Shown: piece after piece, positions 46,171 through 55,771 of the stretch
How positions within the stretch are numbered: position 1 is the first letter of the stretch
Layout of the letters: the number at the start of each line of letters is the position of its first letter
Source of the DNA: Gemmatimonadota bacterium
Lineage (GTDB): Bacteria; Gemmatimonadota; Gemmatimonadetes; Longimicrobiales; RSA9
Length of the DNA: 64,000 bases
Reading direction: 5' to 3'
Assembly: GCA_040905425.1 (NCBI GenBank)
Contig: JBBDRO010000032.1
Coordinates: 63,726 to 127,725 of the forward strand
Program-made: the position numbers and the translations under genes
Notes under the pieces: generated by a model
Database searches by the model: none
Told to the model about the DNA's origin: nothing
What the model saw: only the letters and a program-made list of their open reading frames with translations

Positions 46171-46949
46171 GCGGCGCGTTCGGGGGCCCGAGCGCCGCCG
46201 CGTGCTCGCGCGGTAGCGCTGCCTGCCGGCGCGGCCTGCGCGCCGCCTCCCGACACGTCCCGCGCGCCGCCTCCCGGCACGTCCTCGGGCTTGCGGTGGC
46301 GGCGAACCTGGGGCTGGCCGGAGCCTGCGACGCGCCCACGATCCCGGAGCGCCGGCTCGACGACACCTACGCCTTCACCCTCCCCACCGCCACCGGCGAT
46401 ACGCTGGTGCTGCGCTGGCCCCAGGGGTCCGTGGTGCGTGTCTGGGCCGCGGACGCCGATGCGGGTGCCCCGCTGCGCGCGGCCTTCGAGGCAGGCGCGG
46501 CGCTCTGGAACGAGCGGGCGCTGTTCGGCGAGTATCGCCTGGTGGCCGCCGCCGCGCCGGCGGAGGCCGACATCCTCCTGGCCTGGGCGCCCGGGCCGCT
46601 GCCCGTGGACACGGAGGCCTGCCCGCCCCTCACGCGACGCGGGACCACCACCTTCTGTCTACGCGACCAGGACGGCAGGAGGCGGCTCGACGTCTTTCCA
46701 CTGCTCGCTGGGGAGGATCACGGGCAGGTTCGCATGCTGGTGACGTTCCTCCGGGAGGCCGGCGCGCCGCCCGCCGACCTGGCCGCGCTGGTGGCGCACG
46801 AACTGGGACACGTGCTGGGCTTGACGCGTCACTCCCCGAACCCGCTGGACCTGATGTACGAGAGTCCGGGCATGCCGCCCGCGCTCAGTCTTCGCGACGC
46901 TGCCACGGTCCAGGTCCTCTACCATACGCGGGCCGATATCGTCCCCTGA
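46167..46949 (+). CDS. Matrixin (M10)-like zinc metalloprotease lipoprotein
   Basis: Lipobox LAGAC; HELGHVLGLTRHS plus Met-turn DLMY; ATGA overlap. Confidence 0.85.
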   Translation: MSGAFGGPSAAACSRGSAACRRGLRAASRHVPRAASRHVLGLAVAANLGLAGACDAPTIPERRLDDTYAFTLPTATGDTLVLRWPQGSVVRVWAADADAGAPLRAAFEAGAALWNERALFGEYRLVAAAAPAEADILLAWAPGPLPVDTEACPPLTRRGTTTFCLRDQDGRRRLDVFPLLAGEDHGQVRMLVTFLREAGAPPADLAALVAHELGHVLGLTRHSPNPLDLMYESPGMPPALSLRDAATVQVLYHTRADIVP

Positions 46950-47013
46950 GACGGGACGCCTCACGGGCTCGCAACCCGCCGCCGCAGGGGGGTGCCGGGT
47001 GGTGTTGGACGCG

Positions 47014-47042
47014 TTGACGAGGAGGGGGTACCCCGCTACATT
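47014..47042 (+). promoter_or_regulatory. sigma70 promoter of the ncRNA
   Basis: TTGACG-17 nt-TACATT. Confidence 0.75.
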
Positions 47043-47047
47043 TCTTC

Positions 47048-47220
47048 AGCACGGAACAGACGTGCTGGAGGGTCCATTTTTGGGCCTACAGCAATACCAG
47101 ATGGGGCCGACTTCCGGGTCGGACGTCACGCCTCGCGAGAGGAAGGCGGAAAAGCCTGGAGTGGTCACCAGTCGATTACGACTGGGCTCCATAAAATACC
47201 CTTCGGTACGTCGATCCTGG
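47048..47220 (+). ncRNA. ssrS: Probable 6S RNA
   Basis: 47059-47073 pairs with 47198-47212 over 15 consecutive positions (with G-U); further stems flank an A/C-rich central bubble; GCGA-capped apical hairpin; ~175 nt between promoter and terminator; folded by hand. Confidence 0.7.
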
Positions 47221-47256
47221 ACCGACCCGCGGTTAATCGCGGGTCGGTTCCTTTTG
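47219..47256 (+). terminator. Intrinsic terminator
   Basis: ACCGACCCGCG-GTTAAT-CGCGGGTCGGT followed by TCCTTTTG. Confidence 0.8.
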
Positions 47257-47416
47257 TAGGAACGCGGGCGGGCGAGCCGCGCTGCCGGGCGCCTCCGCTC
47301 CTTGCCCCCGTAGCACGGCGCGGCCACCTTGCCCGGAACCCATGCACCCCGGGACCGGTTCGCTCTCCGGATGCCCGCGTCCCGGGCCGCGCACCCTGCA
47401 TGAAGGAAAGGATCCC

Positions 47417-47833
47417 ATGTCCCGCGTTCGCGTAACGCGCCGCGTCCATTTCAGTGCGGCGCATCGCCTCGGACGCTCCGATTGGAGCGACGAGCGGAAC
47501 CGGGAGGTCTTCGGCGACTGCGCCAATCCGAACTGGCACGGGCACAATTACGAGTTGGACGTGACGGTGGAGGGTCCCGTGGATCCCGCCACCGGGTTCG
47601 TGCTCGATCTGAAGGAACTGCGCAGCCTGGTCGAGGACCGCGTGGTGGCCGACGTGGACCACCGCAACCTCAATCTGGACGTAGCCTGGATGGAAGGCCT
47701 GAACCCCACCACGGAACACCTCGTCGTGGCCATCTGGCGGCGGCTGGTGGACGCGCTGCCGGGCGAGGCCCGGCTGGTGCGCCTCGTCCTCTGGGAAACC
47801 CCCCGCAACTACGTGGAGTACGCCGGCGAATAG
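47417..47833 (+). CDS. 6-pyruvoyl-tetrahydropterin synthase, PTPS-II type
   Basis: [21 protein letters not shown] (CX5HGH), [19 protein letters not shown]. Confidence 0.88.
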   Translation: MSRVRVTRRVHFSAAHRLGRSDWSDERNREVFGDCANPNWHGHNYELDVTVEGPVDPATGFVLDLKELRSLVEDRVVADVDHRNLNLDVAWMEGLNPTTEHLVVAIWRRLVDALPGEARLVRLVLWETPRNYVEYAGE

Positions 47834-47846
47834 CCGGGCACGAGCA

Positions 47847-48446
47847 ATGACCGAGGAACGCACGAACACCGATCTGAGCGGAGCCAGCTTTCCGGACCTC
47901 GTGGCGGAGATGCTGCGGCGCCTGGGTGAGGATCCCTTCCGCGAGGGTCTGGCGCGCACCCCCGAACGGGTGGATCGAAGCCTCCAATGGCTCACGCGCG
48001 GCTACGGGATGAGCGTGGCCGATGTGGTGGGGGAGGGCATCTTCCACGAGGACCACCACAACATGGTCATCGTGAAGGACATCGAGATGTACTCCCTGTG
48101 CGAGCATCACATGCTGCCGTTCTTCGGCAAGGTGCACGTGGCGTACATCCCGCAGGGTCGCATCGTGGGCCTCTCCAAGGTCCCCCGGGTGGTGGAGGTC
48201 TTTGCCCGCCGCCTGCAGGTGCAGGAGCGGCTCACCGAGCAGATAGCCTGCGCCCTCAATGACATCCTGGAGCCCGAGGGTGTGGGGGTCATCATCGAGG
48301 CCTACCACCTGTGCATGATGATGCGCGGCGTGGAGAAGCAGAATTCCAAGACCATCACGAGCAGCATGCGGGGCGTCTTTCTGGACGACCTGCGCACGCG
48401 GGAGGAATTCCTGCGCCTGTGCACCATCAACGGCATCGTGGGATGA
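47847..48446 (+). CDS. folE: GTP cyclohydrolase I
   Basis: [40 protein letters not shown]. Confidence 0.97.
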   Translation: MTEERTNTDLSGASFPDLVAEMLRRLGEDPFREGLARTPERVDRSLQWLTRGYGMSVADVVGEGIFHEDHHNMVIVKDIEMYSLCEHHMLPFFGKVHVAYIPQGRIVGLSKVPRVVEVFARRLQVQERLTEQIACALNDILEPEGVGVIIEAYHLCMMMRGVEKQNSKTITSSMRGVFLDDLRTREEFLRLCTINGIVG

Positions 48447-49156
48447 GCGGCCCGCTGGCGGCGCGGCGCGCGCTCGTCACCGGCGCATCGCGTGGCATCG
48501 GCCGCGCGGTGGCGGCCTCCCTGGCCGGTGCCGGCGCGCGGGTGGCTCTGGTCGCGCGGGGCGTGGCGCCGCTGGAGGCGGCGGCGGCGGCCGTGGGCGG
48601 TGTGGCCGTGCCCGGCGACGTGTCGGAGGCACGGGGTCTCGCGGAGTTGGTGCGGCGCGCGGCGGAGCGGTTGGGGGGCCCCCCGGACATCGTGGTCCAC
48701 GCGGCGGGAGCGTTCGCCCTGCAGCGTGTCGTTGAAAGCGACGTGGCCGAGCTGGACGCCATGCTCGGCGCGAATCTGCGCGGCCCCTTCCTGCTAACGC
48801 GCGCGTTGCTGCCGGCGCTGCTGGAGCAGGGCCGCGGCGACGTGGTCTTCATAGGATCGGTGGCCGGACGCCGCGCCTTTCCCGAGAATGGTGCCTACTC
48901 CGCCACCAAGTTCGGCGTGCGGGGGCTGCATGAAGTGCTGGCGGAGGAATTGCGCGGCAGCGGTGTGCGTACCACCCTCATCGAGCCGGCCGCCACCGAC
49001 ACCCCGCTGTGGGATCCGGTGGATCCGGACGCTCGGCCGCACCTGCCGTCGCGGTCCGCCATGCTGCGGCCGGAGGCGGTGGCGGAGGCCGTCCTCTGGG
49101 CGCTCACGCGGCCGCCGGAGGTACGCGTGGACACCCTTGCCATCGAGCGGGCCTGA
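48443..49156 (+). CDS. SDR (candidate sepiapterin reductase)
   Basis: [17 protein letters not shown] overlap with folE; substrate inferred from context only. Confidence 0.8.
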   Translation: MSGPLAARRALVTGASRGIGRAVAASLAGAGARVALVARGVAPLEAAAAAVGGVAVPGDVSEARGLAELVRRAAERLGGPPDIVVHAAGAFALQRVVESDVAELDAMLGANLRGPFLLTRALLPALLEQGRGDVVFIGSVAGRRAFPENGAYSATKFGVRGLHEVLAEELRGSGVRTTLIEPAATDTPLWDPVDPDARPHLPSRSAMLRPEAVAEAVLWALTRPPEVRVDTLAIERA

Positions 49157-49182
49157 GGCCCTGAACTGAACGGGATAAAAGC

Positions 49183-49569
49183 ATGTTCGTCGTCAGCGTA
49201 CAGGCGCACTATGACAGCGCCCACTTCCTGCGCAACTACCACGGCAAATGCGAGCGGCTGCACGGGCACCGCTACATCGTGGAACTGGCCCTGGCCAGCG
49301 ACACCCTGGATCAGGCCGGCCTGGCCTTCGACTTCGTGGACGTCAAGCGGCACCTGCGCGAGCTGTCGGAGAGCCTGGACCACCAGAACATCAACGAACT
49401 GCCCCCGTTCGACGAGCTCGAACCCTCCGCGGAGAATCAGGCCAGATGGTTCTACGACGAACTCAAGCGCCGGCTGCCGGAGCGCATGGCGGAAGCGGTG
49501 CTCTACGTGAAGGTGTGGGAGACGCCCACGCAGTTCGCACAGTATTCGGAACGGGCGTTGTTCGTATGA
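49183..49569 (+). CDS. queD: 6-carboxytetrahydropterin synthase (PTPS-I)
   Basis: SAHFL, C-ERL-HGH (CX3HGH), DF, LDH, PSAEN, VWETP. Confidence 0.88.
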   Translation: MFVVSVQAHYDSAHFLRNYHGKCERLHGHRYIVELALASDTLDQAGLAFDFVDVKRHLRELSESLDHQNINELPPFDELEPSAENQARWFYDELKRRLPERMAEAVLYVKVWETPTQFAQYSERALFV

Positions 49570-51488
49570 GCGCCCGGTGGCGGGGGATGGGCGGCACGGC
49601 GTTGCTGGGCTGCGTGCTGGCGGCTTGCGCGGGCTCCGCGCCACCGCCGCGGGACACGGTTCCCGCACTGGCCGAGCTTCCCCCGCCGCTCCCACCGAAC
49701 GGCCCCTTCGGCACCCATGTTCTCGCCGCGGTGCGCGCCGCGGACGCTTCGCTCTGGGTGGGAACGTACGGCCACGGCATCTATCGGCTGCTGCCACGTG
49801 ACAGCGTGTGGACCCACATGGATGCCGATGCCGAGGATGAAGGCTCCATCTCGTGGGGCTTTGTCAACAGCATCGCGATCGGTGCGGACAGCACGGTCTG
49901 GTACGGCACGGTGGGCAACGGTTTCGGCCGTTCGCTGGACGGCGGGCGATCGTGGCGCAACTGGACCTTCTCCGAACTCGGGCCGGCGTGGCAATATGTG
50001 GCGCCCGACGGCATCGAGCTGCGCGGCGACACGGTTTACGTAGCCACCGCGGACGGCCTGCGCATTTCGTGGGACGGTGGGGAGCGCTGGCGCTGCGTGG
50101 TCGGCCCGGGCACCTATGCCGGTGGCGCGCGCGAGAACGACGGCTGCGCGGAACACATCCCGGGGTTGCCCACCGAGTACCTCCTGGCGCTCGAGGTGGG
50201 GCCGGACGGCGCCATATGGGCGGGGCACCTGGAGGGCCTTTCGGTGTCCCGGGACGCTGGACGCACCTGGGAAAACGCGGTCGGCGGGGACTTCGAAGGC
50301 GGTCGCGTCCGTGCCCTGGCCGTGACGCAGGACTCGGCCCTCTGGGTGGCCACCGAGGAGGACATCTTCGTGGATTCGGCTGGCAGCGGAACGTTCACGC
50401 GCCGTGACCTGGAGATCCCCGGCTGGGACGGCCTTCCCGGGCGCCCGCGGGCCATCGTGCCCTCGCCGGGGGCCCTGCCGCCCTCGGTGGCCACGTCCTA
50501 CGGGCTGGCCGCCGCAACCAGCAGCGCCCGCGCCTACCGGCTGCTCTATATTGCCGCCGCCGATCGCTGGCGGCCGCGCGCCGACATGTGGGCCGTGGCG
50601 TGGTACGGTCCGCCGCTGTGGCCCATCGGCGCCTCCTCGGGCGGACTCAACCGTGTGCTCGGCGGCGAGGAAACGCCGGTGCCGCTCGGCAGTGTGGGTG
50701 CGGCTGAGCCACCGCGTGCGCCGGCGCGCACCTGGCTCGGGCGGCCCGTTGCCACGGCGCCGGGTCACAACCCTTACATCGACGGGACCTATCGCTACGG
50801 TTCCACCATGGGCGGCAACTTCCAGCAGCATCAGGGAGTGGAGTTCAACAATCCGGCCGGCACGCCGGTGCACGCCGTGGCCGGCGGCACCGTGGTCTTC
50901 TCAGGCCCCGCCGAGGCCGGCGCCAACACCGTGGTCGTCCGCCACGATACGCGCGCGGATGGCGCCTGGGTCTTTTCCGCGTACTACCACAACACCACGC
51001 TGGAGGTGGCGTTGGGAGAGCGCGTGCGCGCCGGTGACCTGCTGGCCCGGGTTGGCAATACCGGCCGGGCCACCAACGATCACCTGCATTTCGAGGTGCA
51101 CGTGGCGCCGGACACCGCCGTGGGCGCCGTGGTGGATCCCGCCGTGCGCTTCCCCCCGCACACGGTGAATCCCGAGCTCTGGATCGAGCCGTTGCCCGGC
51201 ACCGGCGTGGTGGCCGGGATCGTCGTGGACGCCGCGGGTGATCCCGTGGCGGGCGCCCGTGTGCACGGCCTGGTGCTGCCCTACCCGGAAGAAACGCCCT
51301 TCTCCTTTGCGGAGACCTACCAGGATCGCGCGCACCCTGATCCCGCGTACAACGAGAACTTTGCCGTGGGTGACGTGCCCGCCGGCGAGTACGTGCTGGG
51401 TGTCGAGATCGGGGACGACCTCGTGTGGCGCCGCATCCGCGTGGAGCCCGGTCAGGTCACCTGGGTGGAGTTCGCGCCGGGAGGTTGA
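49566..51488 (+). CDS. Lipoprotein: Asp-box beta-propeller + M23 peptidase-like + carboxypeptidase-regulatory-like domain
   Basis: LAAC lipobox; SLDGGRSW, SWDGGERW, SRDAGRTW; HQGVE...GTPVHAVAGGTV...VGNTG...HLHFEV. Confidence 0.85.
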   Translation: MSARWRGMGGTALLGCVLAACAGSAPPPRDTVPALAELPPPLPPNGPFGTHVLAAVRAADASLWVGTYGHGIYRLLPRDSVWTHMDADAEDEGSISWGFVNSIAIGADSTVWYGTVGNGFGRSLDGGRSWRNWTFSELGPAWQYVAPDGIELRGDTVYVATADGLRISWDGGERWRCVVGPGTYAGGARENDGCAEHIPGLPTEYLLALEVGPDGAIWAGHLEGLSVSRDAGRTWENAVGGDFEGGRVRALAVTQDSALWVATEEDIFVDSAGSGTFTRRDLEIPGWDGLPGRPRAIVPSPGALPPSVATSYGLAAATSSARAYRLLYIAAADRWRPRADMWAVAWYGPPLWPIGASSGGLNRVLGGEETPVPLGSVGAAEPPRAPARTWLGRPVATAPGHNPYIDGTYRYGSTMGGNFQQHQGVEFNNPAGTPVHAVAGGTVVFSGPAEAGANTVVVRHDTRADGAWVFSAYYHNTTLEVALGERVRAGDLLARVGNTGRATNDHLHFEVHVAPDTAVGAVVDPAVRFPPHTVNPELWIEPLPGTGVVAGIVVDAAGDPVAGARVHGLVLPYPEETPFSFAETYQDRAHPDPAYNENFAVGDVPAGEYVLGVEIGDDLVWRRIRVEPGQVTWVEFAPGG

Positions 51489-51700
51489 CCGGATCCGTGG
51501 CTGCTGCCGGATAGCCAAGCGGTTTGCGCGGCGGCGTTTGCGCCACGTTCCGTCTTGACACGTCCGCCTTGCACAGGACACGTTCGAGGGGGCATGCGCG
51601 CGTCCGCGCGAGGCCGGTCCCGCTCCCGGAGAACGAAGCTCATCGCATCGACGTCAAGCCGGTACCGGCTCTTGCTGCCCGTGAGGCACAGGGGGCAGAC

Positions 51701-53593
51701 GTGTGTGGCCTAGCGGGCTTCGTACGTTCCGGCCCCCCGGAAGGTGCGGGAGCGGGATTCGACGCGTTGCATGCCCTGGCGGGGTGCATGGAGCATCGCG
51801 GCCCCGATGACGTGGGAGTGCGCCTGGCTGCGCTGGCGCCGGGTGGGCCGGCCACGGTCGGGTTGGCCGCGACCCGCCTGGCCGTTCGTGATCCCTCCCC
51901 CGCCGGCCACATGCCCATGGAACGGGACGGGCGCGCGGTGGTCTTCAATGGCGAGATCTACAACGCCGCCACCCTGCGTCCCGAACTGGAGCGCGCTGGC
52001 TGGCGCTTTCACTCGGCCGCCGACACCGAAGTGGTGCTCGCGGGCCTGTCCATCTGGGGTGCGGAAGCGCTGCCGCGATTGCGCGGCATGTTCGCCCTGG
52101 CCTTCCATGACTCCGGCAATGGCGGATCGCTTCTCCTGGCACGCGACCCCCTCGGCATCAAGCCGCTCTACTGGACGTCCGGGCCGCAAGCGGTAGCCTT
52201 CGCCTCCGAGCTGCGTGCCCTGCGGAGTGCGGGCCTGCTGGACGGCCGCCTCTCCTCCCACGCGCTGGGCGCCTTCCTGCTGCTGGGTTCGGTACCCGGT
52301 CCGCTGACCATATACGAGGGGGCCCGGGCGCTGCCGCCCGGCCACCTGCTCCTGATCGGTGAGGACGGGCCCGGCGAGCCACGCCCGTACTGGCATTTCC
52401 CCACCCTGGAGGACGGGCCCGCTGACGCGGCCGAGGCCGCTGCCACCGTGCGGAGCGCACTGGAGGACGCGGTCGGCACGCACCTGATCAGTGATGTGCC
52501 CCTGGGAGCCTTTCTGAGCGGCGGGCTGGACTCGGCGGCGATCGTGGCGCTCATGCGTCGCGCGCATGACGGTCCGGTGCGGAGCTGCTCGTTGACGGTG
52601 CCCGGCCATGAGGAGGACGAGGGCGCGGCGGCGCGCCGGTCCGCGCAGGCGCTCGGCACCGAGCATCACGAGTGTGCCATTCGCATGGCCGACGTTGTGG
52701 GCGCGGGCGAGCGGATCTTCACAGCGCTCGACCAGCCCTCGATCGATGGTGTGAACACCTGGTTCGTGGCCCGGGCGGCCCGCGAGGCCGGCCTCACCGT
52801 GGCCCTTTCCGGACTGGGGGCGGACGAGCTGTTCGGGGGCTATGACACTACGTTCGTCACGCTTCCCAGACTGCTGCGGACGGTGCGGGTTGCCCATCGG
52901 CTTCCCGGTGCGGCCGCCGTGGGCGCCGGCATGCTCGACGGGCTCGGCACGCAGCGCTGGCGCAAGGTGGCGGATGCGTTGCGGCGGCCGCCCGCGCTGG
53001 AGAGTGGCTATCTGGCCGTGCGGGGACTCTTTGCGCCCGCGGAGGTCGAGCGCATGCTGGAGCCGGGCGTGTGGGACCGCGGCGCGGGCACGCGGCAGGT
53101 GCTCCGCTTCCTGCAGCCGGAGACGGCATCCCCCACTGTGCCGCTCGACTCACGGGTGGCACGCATGGAACTGCACGGCTACACGGCCTGGCAACTGCTT
53201 CGGGACACGGATGTCATGAGCATGGCGCATGGCCTCGAGGTACGCGTCCCCTTCCTGGATACGGCGCTGGTGGAGACCGTACTGCGCGTGCCGGCCGCGA
53301 CCCGCTACGCCGGGGCCGGTACGAAGCCGCTGCTGCGCCGTGCACTGGCCGATCTTCTGCCCGCCGGTGCCGGCAGCGGTCCCAAGCAGGGCTTCACCCT
53401 GCCGCTCGACGCCTGGCTACGCGAGGGGCTGGCCGAGTCCCTGCCGGGCGGGCGGACCGAGTTGCCGCCACCGTTTCGGGCGGGCGTCCTCGGGGATGCC
53501 CGGGCCATGCTGGGTCGCGGCCGGCTGCACTGGTCGCGCCTCTGGGCGCTCGTTGCGCTCCGCTCCTGGTGGGTCCTGACGGAGAATCCATGA
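51701..53593 (+). CDS. asnB: Asparagine synthase-like glutamine amidotransferase
   Basis: GTG start giving MCGLAG; HRGPD, FNGEIYN, DTEV, LSGGLDS, SGLGADELFGGY, LEVRVPFLD. Confidence 0.93.
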   Translation: MCGLAGFVRSGPPEGAGAGFDALHALAGCMEHRGPDDVGVRLAALAPGGPATVGLAATRLAVRDPSPAGHMPMERDGRAVVFNGEIYNAATLRPELERAGWRFHSAADTEVVLAGLSIWGAEALPRLRGMFALAFHDSGNGGSLLLARDPLGIKPLYWTSGPQAVAFASELRALRSAGLLDGRLSSHALGAFLLLGSVPGPLTIYEGARALPPGHLLLIGEDGPGEPRPYWHFPTLEDGPADAAEAAATVRSALEDAVGTHLISDVPLGAFLSGGLDSAAIVALMRRAHDGPVRSCSLTVPGHEEDEGAAARRSAQALGTEHHECAIRMADVVGAGERIFTALDQPSIDGVNTWFVARAAREAGLTVALSGLGADELFGGYDTTFVTLPRLLRTVRVAHRLPGAAAVGAGMLDGLGTQRWRKVADALRRPPALESGYLAVRGLFAPAEVERMLEPGVWDRGAGTRQVLRFLQPETASPTVPLDSRVARMELHGYTAWQLLRDTDVMSMAHGLEVRVPFLDTALVETVLRVPAATRYAGAGTKPLLRRALADLLPAGAGSGPKQGFTLPLDAWLREGLAESLPGGRTELPPPFRAGVLGDARAMLGRGRLHWSRLWALVALRSWWVLTENP

Positions 53594-54477
53594 GCACCAC
53601 GGCGGAGGCGGTCCCGGCTGTGGTTCCCGAGGAGGCGCACCGGGTCCTGCGCGTGGAGCCGGGCGCTACCCGCTCACTGGGCCTGGGCGAGATCTGGCGC
53701 TACCGCGAACTGCTCTACTTCCTCACGTGGCGCGACGTGAAGGTGCGCTACAAGCAGACCGCACTGGGCGCCTCATGGGCCGTCATCCAGCCGCTCATGA
53801 CCATGGTGGTCTTCACCATTTTCTTCGGTAAGCTGGCGCGCATGCCTTCGGACGACATTCCCTATCCCCTTTTTTCCTACGCCGGATTGCTGCCGTGGAC
53901 GTATTTCGCGCAGGTGGTGGGCGCCTCCGCCACCAGCGTGGTGGGCAGCAGCAATCTGATCACCAAGGTCTATTTCCCACGCATGGTGATCCCCGGCGCG
54001 TCCGCCCTGGCGGCGCTGGTGGATTTTGCCATGGCCTTCGCGGTGCTCCTGGTGCTCCTGGCCGCCTACCATTTCCATCCGGCGCTGGATTACCAGGTTT
54101 CGCTGCGCTGGAGCTTGCTGCTGCTGCCCCTGTTCCTGCTCATGGCCATGGCCACCGCGCTCGGCGTGGGGCTCTGGCTGGCCGCGGTGAACGTGCGCTA
54201 TCGCGATGTCCGCCACGTGGTGCCGTTCATCATCCAGTTCTGGCTCTTCGCCACGCCCGTCATCTATCCCAGCAGTCTTCTCCAGGGCCAGTGGCGGTTG
54301 GTCATCTACGCGCTCAACCCCATGGTGGGCGTGGTGGAGGGGTTCCGCTGGGGGCTGTTCGGCCTGGTGCCGAGGGGTGGGATGGTCTGGGTTTCCGCCC
54401 TGGTCACCGTGACGGTGCTCGTCAGCGGCGCCTTCTACTTCCGGCGCATGGAGCGGATCTTTGCCGACCTCATCTGA
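53590..54477 (+). CDS. wzm: Polysaccharide ABC exporter permease (Wzm-like)
   Basis: RDVKVRYKQTALG, LITKVYFPR, FATPVIYP, LNPM. Confidence 0.92.
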   Translation: MSTTAEAVPAVVPEEAHRVLRVEPGATRSLGLGEIWRYRELLYFLTWRDVKVRYKQTALGASWAVIQPLMTMVVFTIFFGKLARMPSDDIPYPLFSYAGLLPWTYFAQVVGASATSVVGSSNLITKVYFPRMVIPGASALAALVDFAMAFAVLLVLLAAYHFHPALDYQVSLRWSLLLLPLFLLMAMATALGVGLWLAAVNVRYRDVRHVVPFIIQFWLFATPVIYPSSLLQGQWRLVIYALNPMVGVVEGFRWGLFGLVPRGGMVWVSALVTVTVLVSGAFYFRRMERIFADLI

Positions 54478-55771
54478 CCGAGCGCCGGGGTCCGTGCACG
54501 TCCGTGACCTGAGCAAGCAGTACCTGATCGGCTCCGGCGCACCCGTCATGTACGGCAACCTCAGGGAGCGTCTGGCCGGCCTGGGGCCGGCGCTGTTGCG
54601 GCGCCTGCGCCTGCTGCGCCGCAGCACGAAGGGAGCCGATCCCGGCGAACTCATCTGGGCGCTGCGCGAGGTGAGCTTCGACATTCGTCCCGGGGAGGTG
54701 GTCGGCCTCATCGGGCGCAATGGCGCTGGCAAGAGCACTCTGCTCAAGGTGCTCTCCAGGATCACGGCCCCCTCCGCGGGCTACATCGAGTTCACGGGAC
54801 GGGTGGGATCGCTGCTCGAGGTGGGTACTGGGTTTCATGCTGAACTGTCGGGCCGCGAGAACATCTTCCTGAACGGGGCCATCCTGGGTATGAGGCGGGC
54901 GGAGATCGTGGCCAAGCTGGATGCCATCGTGGAATTCGCGGAGATCGAGCGCTTCGTGGATACACCCGTCAAGCACTTCTCCAGCGGCATGTACGTGCGC
55001 CTGGCCTTCGCCGTTGCGGCGCACATGGAAACGGAAATCCTGTTGGTGGATGAAGTGCTGGCGGTGGGCGACCTGGCCTTCCAGCGCAAGTGCCTGGGCA
55101 AGATGGGAGAGGTGGCCCGCTCGGGCCGCACCGTGGTCTTCGTCAGCCACAACATGGGCTCCATCGCCCGCCTCTGTGACCGGGGTCTGGTGCTGGACGA
55201 GGGCTGCCTGATCTTCGACGGTCAGGTGGACAGCGCGATCGCCCGTTACAATGACACCTTCGCGGGCCCCGAGTCCGGCCCGGCAGCGCAACGGCACGTG
55301 CTATTCGACGAGACGCCGGGCCAGGCTGAGCGCTTTGCCGTGAGTCGCGTGGAGGTGCTGGACACGTCCGGGCGTCCCATGCCCGCGCCCCACACCTGGG
55401 ATGACGTGGTGTTGCGGGTCCACTGCCGGTGCCTGGACCGGATCCGGGGCGGCGTGGTCCTGGAGGTCCGGCACGCCAGCGGTCCCCGCGTCCTCTACCT
55501 GAGCACGGAGCCCGATCGGGGCCAGCCGGTGGTCCTGGAGCGCGGCGCCTGGAGCGTGGACTGCACGGTGCGCAGGCTGCCCCTGGGCGCGGGGGAATAC
55601 TATGTGGGCGTGGGGCTCACCATTCCCGGAGTGGAGAACCTGTGGCACCGCGCCGAGGTGGGACGCATGCTCGTCCTGCCCAGGGACGTGTACGGTTCGG
55701 GGCAGGCGCCGGACGCGGCCCGGGGCCTGGTGGTGCCCGAGTACGACTGGTCGCCGCCACGGCGCACGTGA
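54461..55771 (+). CDS. wzt: Polysaccharide ABC exporter ATPase with Wzt_C domain
   Basis: GRNGAGKST, LEVGTGFH, FSSGMYVRLAF, DEVLAVGD, VSH; C-terminal beta domain; start may be 54494. Confidence 0.92.
   Translation: MPTSSDRAPGSVHVRDLSKQYLIGSGAPVMYGNLRERLAGLGPALLRRLRLLRRSTKGADPGELIWALREVSFDIRPGEVVGLIGRNGAGKSTLLKVLSRITAPSAGYIEFTGRVGSLLEVGTGFHAELSGRENIFLNGAILGMRRAEIVAKLDAIVEFAEIERFVDTPVKHFSSGMYVRLAFAVAAHMETEILLVDEVLAVGDLAFQRKCLGKMGEVARSGRTVVFVSHNMGSIARLCDRGLVLDEGCLIFDGQVDSAIARYNDTFAGPESGPAAQRHVLFDETPGQAERFAVSRVEVLDTSGRPMPAPHTWDDVVLRVHCRCLDRIRGGVVLEVRHASGPRVLYLSTEPDRGQPVVLERGAWSVDCTVRRLPLGAGEYYVGVGLTIPGVENLWHRAEVGRMLVLPRDVYGSGQAPDAARGLVVPEYDWSPPRRT

Noticed and set aside
47010..47040. GTTGACGAGGA resembles part of the glmS ribozyme core
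   Set aside because: No upstream AGCGCC cleavage motif, no downstream UAUCGAA element and no glmS gene; better explained as a -35 box
47190..47222. AAATACCCTT...GATCCTGG resembles a TPP riboswitch segment
   Set aside because: Lacks the adjacent CUGAGA and ACCUGAU elements, and the bases are used in the long 6S-like stem
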